A stretch of DNA of 64,000 bases from Malacoraja senta (GCA_038087875.1 CM075991.1:12278001-12342000); one strand, 5' to 3'. Counted from the first letter of the stretch, positions 51,981 through 64,000 are shown. The notes: generated from the sequence alone by a model not told the origin. Translations and numbers: made by a program.

Positions 51981-53988
51981 CAACAAGGGCAGAATGCTCT
52001 GAGTGGCTTCCAAATTGGAACACACTTTGATGTCAAAATAGCCGATGCCTATCTCAGTCACATACGCGAGGAAATTTGCATGTAAGAGAAATTATAACTG
52101 CATTCACAGCATTATAAAATAATTTTTAAAATGCCAATATTCGGAGAATATTTGGAGAAGAGTCTGAGCAATGGTAGATTATTCACATCTCCATATTTGT
52201 CCTCTTCACCTGCATTATGATAAGTACATGTGTCAAGGATAATTACTGTCACTTCAGAGGAATTTGAGAGCAGTCTGCATTTTTTATCAGAGCATTTCAC
52301 AGAGAAAGTAGGATAACACTTTAAAAAAATATATTTCCAGCTTCTATCTCGGTGCTACTTCTGCGGTTGGCAGCGATTATCTTTGATACTAATGGATGAT
52401 GATTGTCAGAAACATGGGTGATGATTCTTTCTTTGTGACGGAGGAGAGAGTGCACAGTTTGGGTCAGGTCCTTTGCAGCAGGGCCTCTGCTAAAAGGTTT
52501 TATACGAGTGGAATAATTCCCACATTCAATACAGCAAATTGCTCACATCTCTCCCACTAGACGAGTGTGGTTCTGGGTCATGCGTTTGTCCACTGGATCC
52601 ACAACACATCCATCTACCTGGTACTTAAGAGCAAGATCTTTCTTCTATTTCTTGGTAGTTATGGAGTCACAGGGAATTTATAACACTGAAGAGGACATTT
52701 GCACGCTGTATCCATGTAGATTGGGCAAGGGATCCACAGTGTGATTCCATCTCCACAGTCTGTAGGTCACTGCTCTGCAAGTGAGCCCCTCTCCTGCCGT
52801 ATGGAAGCCCTCATGTTTCGGGTTCTGACTAACCAACGTGATGTCTGAGGAATGGTCCAGACCAGAAATGTACGGAGTGATCGCTGGTCAGCATGGACTC
52901 GGTGGGCCGTACGGCCTGTCTCCACGCTGTGTCTCCAACCTAAGCTACAAATACCTTAAAGCAGTTTTCTCCATTCAGTTCAGTTTATTGTCACGCGTAC
53001 CAAGGTACAGTGAAAAGCTTTTGTTGCGTGCTAACCAGTCAGCGGAAAGACAATACATGATTACAATCGATCCATTTACAACAAAATTCAATCTTGATCT
53101 TATGAACACTTCAAGATGGCGGGTAGTGATAGTAGTAGAATTAGGCCATTCGGCCCATCAAGTTTACTCTGCCATTTAATCATGACTGATTTGTCTCTCC
53201 CTCCTAACCCCAATCTCCTGCCTTGTCCCTATAACCCCTGACACCCGTAATAATCAAGAATCTATCTATCTCTGCCCTAAAAAACATCCACTGACTTGGC
53301 CTCCACAGCCGTCTGTGGCCAAGAATTCCACAAATTCACCTTGTGTTTGCAAGTGGAACCCAGTTGTATTTGTAGTGGAATTGCTGCCATGCATGAGACT
53401 CCACCACTCTTTGATGTTGAAGCCAGCGTCTATAAAGGCTGGTTTTGATTTCAGGGAGGAGGCGTTAAATGATGCACGCTCACTGATCATTTCATGCCCA
53501 GATGCTTCATCACTCACTTAACATTTGTCAGAGCTGATGGAATTACACAAAATATTTGCATTTCTAACCCGTCTATTGTGTTATAAATGCTGCATATAAC
53601 ACTTCTAAAGATTGTGCTGGAGGAAAGTTCTGTGAAATAAATCAAAGAGGGTGAAGTGTGCCATTTAACAGGGAAAGGGAGGTACTTTCATTTTGGTTGT
53701 TAAAGGAATCCTGATAAACAGCAGCTCTCGTGAACAGCTCCATCCAAGACTGCACAAAATTGCAGCGTATTGTGGACGCAGCCAGTCCGTTGCACAAACC
53801 AACCTCCCTTCTATCAACTCCATTTACACCTCACGCTACCTTGGCAAGGCCAGCAGCATAATCAAGGATGAGTCTCACCCTGGTCACTCCCTCTTCTCCC
53901 CCCTCCCATCGGGCAAAGGTATAGAAGTGTGAAAACGCACAGGACCTGACGACCATTTTTACCAGTCTCCGTTCTTATTCCACTCATA

Positions 53989-54530
53989 GTCATAGAGTGA
54001 TACAGTGTGGAAACAGGCCCTTCGGCCCAACTTGCCCATACCGGGGAAACTGGCCCTTCGGCCCAACTCGCCCACACCGGCCAACATGTCCCAGCTACAC
54101 TAGTCATAGAGTGATACTGTGTGGAAACAGGCCCTTCGGCCCAACTTGCCCACACCGGCCAACATGTCCCAGCTACACTAGTCATAGAGTGATACAGTGT
54201 GGAAACAGGCCCTTCGGCCCAACTTGCCCACACCGGCCAACATGTCCCAGCTACACTAGTCATAGAGTGATACAGTGTGGAAACAGGCCCTTCGGCCCAA
54301 CTTGCCCACACCGGCCAACATGTCCCAGCTACACTAGTCCCATCTGCCTGCGCATGGTCCATATCCCTCCAAACCTGTCCTATCCATGTACCTGTCTTAC
54401 TGTTTCTTAAATGTTGGGATAGTCCCTGCCTCAACTACCTCTGGCAGCTTGTTCCATACACCCACCTCCCTTTGTGTGAATAAGTTACTCCTATTAAATC
54501 CTTTCCCCTTCACCTTGAACCTATTTCCTC
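53989..54530 (-). repeat. CR1 3' end with its terminal 78-bp segment tandemly amplified (4 units)
   Basis: gtcatagagtgatac starts at 53989, 54103, 54181 and 54259 (period 78; the first unit has an extra 36-bp partial duplication). The last unit continues into ordinary CR1 3' sequence up to about 54530. Confidence 0.9.
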
Positions 54531-54924
54531 AGTAAAAGAGTGGAAACATGTTATTGTCAGCCCCAAGAGACAGATGAGAAGAAGATTTATGGTGTGTGAA
54601 TCTGTGTGTTTCTGAACGCAGCCTTTTAATAAAGTCATGATCCATGGATTTATCGAGGCTGTGGAATGATGCCTCCAGGAAAGCGACTCATGTCACTTCA
54701 CCAATGGCAACGGAGAAAACAATTTAAAACTCATTAGATGTTAATAAAATTGGATTAGGCACGATATTCCTTGCAAAATTGGATGATTGCATGAAGTAAT
54801 TCACCTTCCTGTAACTATTTCTTCTTTTGCCCTTATATTTTCTGTAATATATCTGATTAGACCAGGGTTTAAAGTGAAGCAACGATGACAGGAAGGAGTT
54901 ACATGTTATTGTGCCAGGTTGTTA

Positions 54925-55445
54925 GTGGGGTAGAGTTGCTGCCTCACAGCGCCAGAGACCCGGGTACGATCCTGACCACGGGTGCTATCTGTGCAGAGTT
55001 TGTAAGTTCTCCCCATGAACTGCATGGGTTTTCTCCAGGTGCTCCGGTTTCCTCCCACACTCAAAATACATATAAGTTTGTAGGTTAATTGAGTTGGTAA
55101 AATTGTAAATTGTAGGATAGTGTTAGTCATATCGTCATAGAGTGATACAGTGTGTAAACATGCCCTTCGGCCCAACTTGCCAACACCGGCCAACATGTTC
55201 CAGCTATACTAGTCCCACCTGCCTGCGTTTGTTCCATATCCCTCCAAACCTGTCCTATCCATGTACCTATCTAACAGTTTCTTAAACGATGGGATAGTCC
55301 CAGCCTCAACAACCTCCTCTGGCAGCTTGTTCCATACACCCACCACCCTTTGTGTGAAAAAAGTGTGTGCGTTAGTGTGTGGGGATCGCTGGTCGGTGCG
55401 GACTTGGTGGGCTGAAGGGCCTGTTTCCACCCTGTATCTCTAAAC
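54925..55445 (+). mobile_element. V-SINE interrupted by an antisense CR1 3' fragment (55128-55370)
   Basis: SINE head/body at 54925-55127 and tail at 55371-55445; GTTAGT is duplicated at 55122-55127 and 55371-55376. Confidence 0.8.
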
Positions 55446-55844
55446 GAAGTATTTTACTCATGGAGCATCGCACATTAATTTTGATCCAGCCAACTCAACA
55501 GATGCACCAATCTCCAGTCCTTCACGATATTCTAGTTTTGATTGAAGATGAGATGCTTCATCTAATCCTCTCAATAAATATGTTTCTTGAACTCTTGACA
55601 TTTACTAATTATGGTAGCTAATGCTTAAACATGCTCTTAAACTTTGGTAGCATTGCAACATATAATAAGACTTCAATATGTCCAAGCCCCAGACTGTTCA
55701 GATAATTTAAAACCCAATTCATAATTACGATTTTAGTTTTACTGTCACGCTGTTAATTATTTTTTTATGTCACTGCAAGATTATACTTAAAATTAAAATC
55801 ATACTCATAAGAGTGCAAACTAGGTCCTTCCTTTATAATAAGTT

Positions 55845-56460
55845 CAGGAACAGCCTCTCATATGTCGCTTGGGCAGCTTACAACCCAGTGTTATGAATAT
55901 TGATTTATCTAACTTTGTCACCCCTGCATTCTCTCTCTCTCCATCCCTCCCCCACCCAAGTCGTACCAGCTTCAAAGTCGTCTTGTTGAGTCTCATGTTT
56001 AAGAAGGAACTACAGATGCTGGAAAATCGAAGGTAGACAAAAATGCTGGAGAAACTCAGCGGGTGATGCAGCATCTATGGAGCGAAGGAAATAGGTGACG
56101 TTTCGGGTCTGAAGAAGGGTCTCGACCCGAAGCGTTGCCTATTTCCTTCGCTCCATAGATGCTGCCTCACCCGCTGAGTTTCTCCAGCATTTTTGTCTAC
56201 CTTTGTTGAGTCTCATTGTCTGTACTCGTTTTCACCGAGCAAACAGCTAACAATGGCCTGTTTCCTTTATCATCGTTACTTTTTCGCATATCTTTCATTC
56301 ATTTTGTTCTATATCTCTCTATATCACCGTCTATTCTCTTGTTTTCCTTTCCCTTGACTCTCAGTCTGAAGAAGGGTCTCGACTCGAAACGTCACCTATT
56401 CCTTTTCTCCAGAGATGCTGCCTGTCCCGCTGAGTTACTCCAGCTTTTTGTGTCTATGGT
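55845..56460 (+). mobile_element. Penelope-like 3' fragment carrying a nested palindromic unit (55997-56202) with a 14-bp TSD
   Basis: TTGTTGAGTCTCAT at 55983-55996 and 56203-56216; inverted arms of about 80 bp at 56030-56203; hammerhead-like motifs at 56109 and 56366. Confidence 0.85.
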
Positions 56461-58649
56461 CAGTTAATAACCTGGCTTTCTGACACTTTGTCTGAGACTA
56501 ACAAGATCAATTTAATGATCAGTCATGATCAAATGGTGGAGTAGACTTGATGTGCCGAATGTGATAATTCTGCTCCTATGACATGTACTTTGAGTACCGC
56601 AACTGGATGCCCCACTTTCAAAAATTATATTTTATGAAATGTTACCATTTAAAAAAATTAAATAAATAATTCCCAAAAGCTTTCTAGAACAGGGGAATTT
56701 TTATTCAAAAATATAGTTTATTCATTTTTTTAAAACGATATAGGAAGTGCAATGCCATCGGCTCACGTCTATTTTTCACATTCATTATGCCATCAAATCA
56801 ATGTATCAGTCAGTCATGTTTCCTTTAAACATTAGTAAACCTGCCTGAAAAAGGATAGGAACAGTGGGTCAGGAATGGAGAGAAGTCTTCAACAGAAGGA
56901 AGTGCTGAGATATGAAATATCGGATTGCTATGTATGGGGTTTGGATTGCGATGTTATCTGATCCAGTGGTGGGCGTGGGAGGGGTTTGGGTTGTTGGAGG
57001 TGGGCGCGCAGTTCCTGTCGTGACCGGCAGATGGGGTGGGATGCTCACTATTTATTCCTTGCAACCTGCTAGAGTTGCAAAGCTGGAAGCTGGAGGCTAT
57101 TCGCTGCACATCTGGGCAACATCAGCAGAGGCCACGGCAACAGCTCCGGCACAGCGCGGCTGGTCTGCGAGCGAAGAGCGTTCATTCGGTAAGTCCAGAG
57201 GTTTTAAATACAAGGAAAGACACTGCACATAATGCAGATGCTGGTTTACCAAGGAAAAATACAAAGTGTTGGAGTAACTCAGCGGCTCTGGCAGCATCTC
57301 CGGAGAAAATATGTTCTCCAGAGAAGCTGCTTGACCCGCTGAGTTACTCCAGCACTTTGTCTTTTTCCTTGGTAAACCAGCATCTGCAGTTCCTATGTTT
57401 TAAATGCGGATTCGCCCACATTGAGACACTCCAATGTAAACACCGCCGCTACAGTATTAGAACAGTAAGGGTGCGAACATGCATGCATTTGGCCAATGTA
57501 TTCTGAGACGTTAAGATAATGTCCTAAATTCAATGTAGTTGTGTGTTCTAGGTGGGATGAGGCGTGAGGATCGCGACTGGTAGCGTGCATGCAAGAATTT
57601 ATACAAACCTATATAAATGATGTACAAATCCATCAAAATGCCCTCGCACAATATTCTAGCATCGACAATGGACATGTTAGACACGTTCTGACATTGTCCA
57701 TCTAATTCCGTTTGTTTTATTTCATGAACTCAAATCTAGTTTAATAATTGCAAAATAACAACAAAATACCACCTGGGTAAAATTAAATTAAAAGTGAAAG
57801 TTTGACGCGGGTTTCATTGGGAACTGGGGCTGATCTGAAAATGAGATGGAAGGAACTGCGGACGCTGGTTTACACCGAAGTTAGACACAAAATGCTGGAG
57901 GAACTCAGCGGGTCAGGCAGCATCTCTGCCCATTCCTTCTCTCCAGCGATGCTGCCTGTTCCGCTGAGTTACTCCAGCTTTTTGTGTCTATCAATGCAGC
58001 AGGTCAGGGAGCTGAGGAAAAACTCGAAATGTTAACACAAGGAACTGCAGATGCTGGAATCTCGAGGCCAAAGAGAGAACAGGTGGGGGCTATTAATGCA
58101 AATGAGCGAAATCAGACCTAAGACAGTAACTGTTTCCCTGTTCATGACAACATATACAGATACCAGTGTCTCACCCCTTGTAACTATGCTCTTTGGAAAA
58201 TACCTCTGGGATTGATACATTGACTCTGCTGTTTCTTTTTCTCTAGGAGTCAAGAAAGGAATTTTATCTGAACTAGGACATCAACAGAGTCGTGTGGGTC
58301 CCAGATAGAGACCCATTGATGTAGGCAGGAGCAAAAAAGCATCAGTGGAGGGCAGAGAACCCAATTTACACGGGAAAGGCTGACTATATCTACCCCATTT
58401 ACACTAGGCAAGTGTACAAACACTATAGAACAAGTTAATATTAAGGACTTCCCTGCAATCCAGTAGTTAGAGGGCAGAATACTAAGACTGGTCAGACATA
58501 TATAAATTCAAAGGATCAGTTGCCTCAGGTAAAGCCATTAAAGCAGGTGTGATCAATTGAGGGTTGTGAAGGAGACGGGGTGAGGGAGGGGGTTAAGGGG
58601 AGGTGCTGCGGCCAGGAGGGGGTGGTGGGGGGGGGGTGTTGGGGTTAGG

Positions 58650-59068
58650 ATGCTGTCCATGGATAGTTGGGATGTTTCTCCCACCAACAGCACAGCCTAC
58701 CAGGTTGCCCTCGCAGACAGCAGCAACAACTACTCCCAGTTCACGGGTCTGGAGCTGATCCAGGCCTACAAGCCTCTCATTGTGCCGTGCTACGCGCTGG
58801 TGGTCTTCATCGGCATCTTCGGCAACTACCTGCTGCTCTACGTCATCTGCAAGACCAGGAAGATGCACAACACCACCAACTTCTTCATCGGCAACCTGGC
58901 CTTCTCCGACATGCTGATGTGCACCATCTGTGTGCCCTTCACGCTGGCCTACGCCTTCCACCCCCGCGGCTGGGTCTTTGGCAAGTTCATGTGCTACTTT
59001 GTCTTCCTGATGCAGCCCGTAACGGTCTACGTGTCTGTCTTCACCCTGACAGCCATCGCCGTCGACAG
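58650..59068 (+). CDS. PRLHR: PRLHR-like coding exon 1 (N-terminus to TM3)
   Basis: N-glycosylation sequons NST and NYS, TM1-TM3, donor AG|gtaatc. Confidence 0.92.
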
Positions 59069-62000
59069 GTAATCACTGGCTGGAGATTTGTCATTTGTTC
59101 TGTGTGTGTCTACAGGAAAGTAGCAGATCAGTGCACAGACACAGAGTGCTGGAGTAACTCAGCTGATTACGGATTGTGGATGATCAGCCATGATCACAAT
59201 GAATGGTGGTGCTGGCTCGGTGCCAAATGGCCTCCTCCTGCACCTATTTTCCATGTTTCTATGTTTCTATGTATGGGTGATTGTTGATAAGCATGGACTT
59301 TGTGGGCCGAAGGGCCTGTTTCCACGTTGTATCTCTCAACTAAAGAACAGCCATGATTTTATTAAATGTTGGTTCAAGCTTAAAAGCTCATTGGTCCACT
59401 GCTCCTCTCAATTCATTTGTGTACTCTTAACAAAAAGTGTTTTACAGAGATAATGTTCCTGCACATACTGTACTGAATAAAATGAATGAAGCTTTGAATT
59501 CCACGTATTGTGAAATTCTGTAGCATTCAACAGAATTCCCTGATGCATCTCTCTGAGCAGCGATGGGAAGTCTAATTCTCAGCTCCTTGGTGTACTCTCA
59601 ACATCTAACAAAAGAAGGAGCTCTTAGTGCAATGATTTTGAAAGCTGTTAGAAACTGGAGTCCAATTGACTGTAGTTCTGTTGGCTTCGGCTGCTGTGGA
59701 GAAAATGGGATTTCATCTGGAGTAGCCAGAAGTTATTTTCAGCAGCCCCAGTGTCCATAAATACTACACTTTTAATCAAGGGATCTGCAACCCCTTTAAT
59801 CACACATGGGCAAATGGGATTATCTTAGACGGCGCAGCACCAACGAGTTCTTTCTGTGTCCATATTATCTGTTTTATTAATTTTTAAATTTAGTTTAGGG
59901 ATACAGCGCGGAAACAGGCCCTTCGGCCCACCGGGTCCGTGCTGACCAGCGATCTCCACACATTAACACTATCCTACACCCACTAGGGACAATTTTTACA
60001 TTCACCAAGCCAATTAACCTACAAACCTGTATGTCTTTGGAGTTGGGCCATGGGGCCTCTCCATGTCATATGACTCTAGACTGAGATGTTGACTAGTCTT
60101 ACTAACCGCATCAGGTTATATTTCCCCCTCAGGTATTCATCCCTTCCCCTATTTAAGAATCATCGTGTATCTACGTTTTCTCATCTTTCAGGCAACAAAT
60201 TCCAAGTCACTGCAACTCTGTGTGTGAAAATCACATCTCTCATCATGCACGTTTGTTTATACCAGGTGATGTCAAGTTACTGTGTAGGAAGGAACTGCAG
60301 ATGCTGTTTTAAACCGAAGATAGATGCAAAATGCTGGAGTAACTCAGTGGGACAAACAGCAGCTCTGGAGAAAAGGATTGGGTGACGTTTCGGGTTGAGA
60401 CCCCATTCCTTCTCTCCAGAGATGTTGCCTGCTCGCTGAGTTACTCCAGCATTTTGTGTCTATCTGATGTCCAGTTACCAATGGAAACCACATCTCCACA
60501 TTTACTCTGTCCAAATCCTTCATTCGATGCGTTACCTCTATGAAGTTCTCATTTCATGTTTTGTGCAATCTCCACAAGCTTCAGAAACCTTTATTTTTAA
60601 CTATTCAGCTTCTTCCCGGACTTCTGGTCTGAAGAAAGGTCCTGACCCGAAACATCACTCATTCATGTTCTCCAGAATGGCTGCCTGATCTGTTGAGTTA
60701 ATCCAGCATTTTGCGTCTTTAGTGGTTAATATGGTTGGAAAAGTCATTACATCTGACACCCATTTGTCTCCTTTTCACCTCTACCCTTGTCACCTACTGC
60801 ACCCATCTGCCAATTAAACCCCGCTCACCTGCGTCCACCTATCCCTTGCCAGACTTTGGCCCGGCCCCATATCTCTCATCCAGCTTTCTCCCCCCAACTC
60901 CAATCAGTCTGAACAAGAGTCCTAAACCAAACCGTCACCTATCAATGTTCTCCAGAGATGCTGCCTGACCCGCTGAGTTACTCCAGCACTTTGTGTCTTT
61001 TTTCGGAACGGTCCTTCTATAAGATGGGGTACAGTCCCGATTTCCCAATCTAACTACTATTTTATTAGTTTCTTAGTTTTGTTTATTGTCACGTGCACCG
61101 AGGTACAGTGAAAAGCTTTTATTGTGTGCTAACCAGTCAGCGGAAAGACAATACATGATTACAATCGAGCCATTTACAGTGCATAGATACAGGATAAAGG
61201 GAATAACGTGAATAGTATTTAGGGCAAACGTACAAACTCCCTACAGACAGCACCCATAGTCAGGGTTGATCCCGGGGTTATTGGCGCTGAGAGGTAGCGG
61301 GTTCTCTCAGTTGAGGTTGGTGCGGTGGTCGTCAAGTTTGGCAGTCGTTGTTGAGGGCGGAGTCGGTCGAGGACGGGCCACGAGGGAGCTGGAGGACGCG
61401 TGGCCAGGAACAAATAGGACCCAGCGTGGGATACTTTGTAACATTGACGGCGCCCTTTACGTAGCGACTCTTTGCATACCTTGTGTCACATGTGATAAAG
61501 TATTCATTCATTCATTCATTCATTCATTCATTCATTCACTGTGCTGCCCAGTCTGTTCACCTGTCAACCTCCCAACATGTTCAGGTGGGTTAGAAGCAGG
61601 TTGAGTCAGGTTTCTATAGAGGGATGAAGAGGAATTGTGTTACGATGTGTTGAACGCTCCTCTCGTTTGCTCCAACAGGTATTACGCTACGGTTCACCCG
61701 CTGAAGAAGCGATTGTCGATCGGGAGCTGCACCTACATCCTGGCCGGTCTCTGGCTCATGTCGTGTGCCTTGGCCACCCCCGCCTTCGCTCACACTTACC
61801 ACATCGAGTTCCAGGACCAGGAGCTGACCATCTGCGAGGAGTTCTGGGTGAGGGAGGAGAAGGAACACTTGGCCTACGCCTACAGCACACTGGTCATCAC
61901 CTACATCCTCCCGCTCTCCGCCGTCTCCCTGTCCTATCTCCGCATCACCCTCAAGCTGAAGAACCGAGTGGTCCCCGGCAACGGCACCCACAGCCAGGAG

Positions 62001-62312
62001 CGCTGGGAGAAGGTGAAGCGCAAGAAAATCTTCCGCCTGTTGGTGTTGGTGGTGACGGTGTTCGGCGCTTGCTGGCTCCCTCTCAATGTCTTCAACATCA
62101 TCCGTGACATAGACATCAACCTGATCAACAAGGACTATTTCAACCTCATCCAGCTGCTGTGCCACTGCTCGGCCATGACCTCCGCCTGCTGCAACCCTTT
62201 CCTCTACGCTTGGCTCCACGACCGATTCAGGGCAGAGCTGAAGAAGATGTTCACTTGTAAGAAGAAGATCGTTCCCATTAACAACTGCATCGCGGTGAGC
62301 GTCGTCCTATGA
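58650..62312 (+). CDS. PRLHR: Prolactin-releasing peptide receptor-like class A GPCR (PRLHR family), 2 coding exons, about 347-350 aa
   Basis: Exon 58650 (or 58659)-59068 plus exon 61679-62312; GAC AG|gtaatc ... caacag|G TAT rebuilds DRY. Motifs [78 protein letters not shown] and C-terminal VSVVL. Which paralog it is remains uncertain. Confidence 0.93.
59888..60045 (-). mobile_element. V-SINE 3' half
   Basis: tttagtttagggatacagcgcggaaacaggcccttcggccc...ccaattaacctacaaacc. Confidence 0.8.
60281..60464. mobile_element. Palindromic Penelope-derived unit with a near-perfect 14-bp TSD
   Basis: TGATGTCAAGTTAC (60267-60280) and TGATGTCCAGTTAC (60465-60478); arms aaaatgctggagtaactcag / ctgagttactccagcatttt. 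Confidence 0.75.
61503..61538 (+). repeat. (TTCA)n tail/microsatellite of a short retroposon (about 61300-61538)
   Basis: About 9 TTCA units after gataaag; the upstream gcgactctttgcatac sequence is related to 34630-34830 on the opposite strand. Confidence 0.75.
61679..62312 (+). CDS. PRLHR: PRLHR-like coding exon 2 (ICL2 to C-terminus)
   Basis: ctcctctcgtttgctccaacag|G; TM4-TM7, NPFLY, stop TGA at 62310-62312. Confidence 0.93.
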
Positions 62313-62537
62313 GGCAGCCGATGGGACTTCTCAATCTTCCCCTCCCCTTGCTGGCGTGACCTCAGTGGTCAGATGTCCACCCCCCACCCCCGTCCCCCAA
62401 TCTGACTGGGTGTTGGACAACTCTTGGTCAATGTGCAGACTGGTGCAGTTAATGTTGTCTTGCCCACCCCACCATCGCATTGTTGAATCCTTCTCAGCCG
62501 TCGGCAATGCTTGAAATACTCATTGCTTCAAGGGCAG

Positions 62538-62755
62538 CACAGTGGCGCAGCGCGTTCTCCCTGTGACCGTGTGGGTTGTCTCCGGGTGCTCCAGTTCCCT
62601 CCCACATCCCAAAGACGTGCACAGTTTGTGGATTCATTAGCTTCTGTAAATTGTCCTGAGTGTGTAGGGTAGAACCAGCATTTGGGTGATCATTGGTCAG
62701 CGTGGACTTGGTGGGCTGAAGGACCCGTTTCCACACTGTATCTCTAAACTAAACA
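62538..62755 (+). mobile_element. Internally deleted V-SINE copy
   Basis: cacagtggcgcagcg joined to gttctccctgtgaccg...ctgtatctctaaactaaac. Confidence 0.75.
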
Positions 62756-62937
62756 CAGTGCGATGTTGATCTTTTGCGGAGTTAAACCAGGGCAGGATCA
62801 CAGTGAATGATATTGTCCTGGGGAGTGTTGTAGAGCAGATTGGTCGAGGAAAACAAGTACATAGTTCTCTCAAAGTGACGTTCCAGATGAAGAAGGCTCT
62901 TGCGACATTGTCTTCATCAGTCAGGGTAGTGAATATA

Positions 62938-64000
62938 GAAGATAGACACAAAAAGCTGGAGTAACTCAGCGGGACAGGCAGCATCTCTGGAGAGAAGGAA
63001 TGGGTGACTTTTCGGGTCGAGACCCTTCTTCAGACTGAAAGTCACAGAAAAGGGAAACGAGAGATATAGACGCTGATGTAGAGATATAGAACAAATGAAT
63101 GAAAGATATGCAAAAAAAGTATCAATGACAAAGGGAACAGGTCATTGTTAACTGTTGTACCAGACATTTGTGAGGCTGCATTTGGAACACTATGTTCAGT
63201 TTTGGTGCAGGGAAAAATGCTATGAAGCTGGAGCGAGGGCAGAAAAGATTTGTGAGGATGTTGCCAATACCGGAGGGCCTGAGCTATGGGGAGAGGTGGA
63301 GGTGAGGGGTGATCTTATAGAGGTATATAAAATCATGAGGGGAATAGATAGGGTGAAGGCACTGGGTCTCTTTCTCAAGGGAGGGAGGGGTGAATCAAGA
63401 ACTAGAGGCATTGGTTAAAGTGAGAGGGGAAATATTTAATAGGAATCTGAGGGGCAGCCTTTCCAAGGTGGTGATTCCAGCCTCTTTGTGCTTTGCCTGA
63501 GGAGTAGTTCCTAGAGTGATCACTAGATAGCGATCACAAGCAGCACATCTGTCCAAGGCTAGCTCCCTATAAGACAAGTGGACTCACAGAGATATATAAC
63601 AAAACAAAGTAACGTTTTACTCAGAAGATAGATGCAAAATGCTGGAGTAACTTAGCGAGACAGGCGGCATCTCTGGGGAGGAGGAATGGGTGACGATTCG
63701 GGTCGAGACCCTTCTTCAGACTGAAAGTTACAGAAAAGGGAAACGAGAGATATAGTCGGCGATGTAGAGATATAGAACAAATGAATGAAAGATATGCAAA
63801 AAAAGTATTAATGATAAAGGGAAAAGGTGAGAACGAAAGTTGATGTGATTTGGGTGGGGGAAGAATTGCCAGAGAGAGGGAATGCAGGGGTTACTTGAAG
63901 TTAGCGAAATCAATATTCAATATATGGCTTGTAAGCTGCCCAAGCGAATGTAGAAACAAGGAACTGCAGATACTGAAAAAATAGACACAAAGTGCTGGAA
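62938..64000. mobile_element. Cluster of two minus-strand Penelope pLTR copies (about 62938-63150 and 63625-63950) flanking a plus-strand CR1 fragment (63155-63460)
   Basis: Near-identical gggtcgagacccttcttcagactgaaag..agaaaagggaaacgagagatatag blocks; the CR1 piece translates as VRLHLEHYVQFW and RGDLIEVYKIMRGIDRV. Confidence 0.75.

Noticed and set aside
53989..54340. CRISPR-like array, or a repetitive protein (ORFs 53862-54434 and 53997-54410)
   Set aside because: The units are contiguous with no unique spacers, derive from a CR1 3' UTR, and lie in a eukaryotic context with no cas genes; the ORFs arise because 78 is divisible by 3.
56030..56203. pre-miRNA or DNA-transposon MITE interpretation of the long hairpin
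   Set aside because: The arms are inverted copies of the Penelope 3' sequence, and the TSDs are long and variable in length; covered under the retro-mobilised unit finding.
58593..62219. Antisense and alternative-frame ORFs over the receptor exons (e.g. 58593-58961, 58667-59287, 61614-62219)
   Set aside because: Shadow ORFs produced by the high GC3 codon usage of the GPCR.

Overview
Vertebrate genomic DNA, most likely from a cartilaginous fish (skate/ray-like, inferred from its repeat content). It holds three spliced protein-coding genes, rebuilt by hand from GT-AG junctions and phase. (1) A minus-strand STE20/GCK-V kinase of the SLK/STK10 family: 20 coding exons, 33989 to 6166, about 1426 aa, including a 1827-nt acidic exon, a probable 201-nt exon and a probable 27-nt microexon. 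(2) FAM136A on the minus strand: 3 exons, 41626 to 39539, 140 aa. (3) A plus-strand prolactin-releasing-peptide-receptor-like GPCR: 2 coding exons, 58650 to 62312, with an intron splitting the DRY arginine. The rest is dense in retroelements: a young 5'-truncated CR1, an L2 nested in a Rex1/Babar-like fragment, V-SINEs and Penelope-like GIY-YIG fragments. The most notable observation is roughly 25-30 copies of a Penelope-derived motif (CTGAAGA-A-GGGTCTCGACCC-GAAACGTC) resembling a minimal hammerhead ribozyme. It lies in short, often palindromic units, several of which have their own 11-14 bp target-site duplications. Also notable is the SLK-like/FAM136A/PRLHR-like linkage, which suggests whole-genome-duplication paralogs lost in mammals. 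No database searches were run; family assignments come from recalled motifs.
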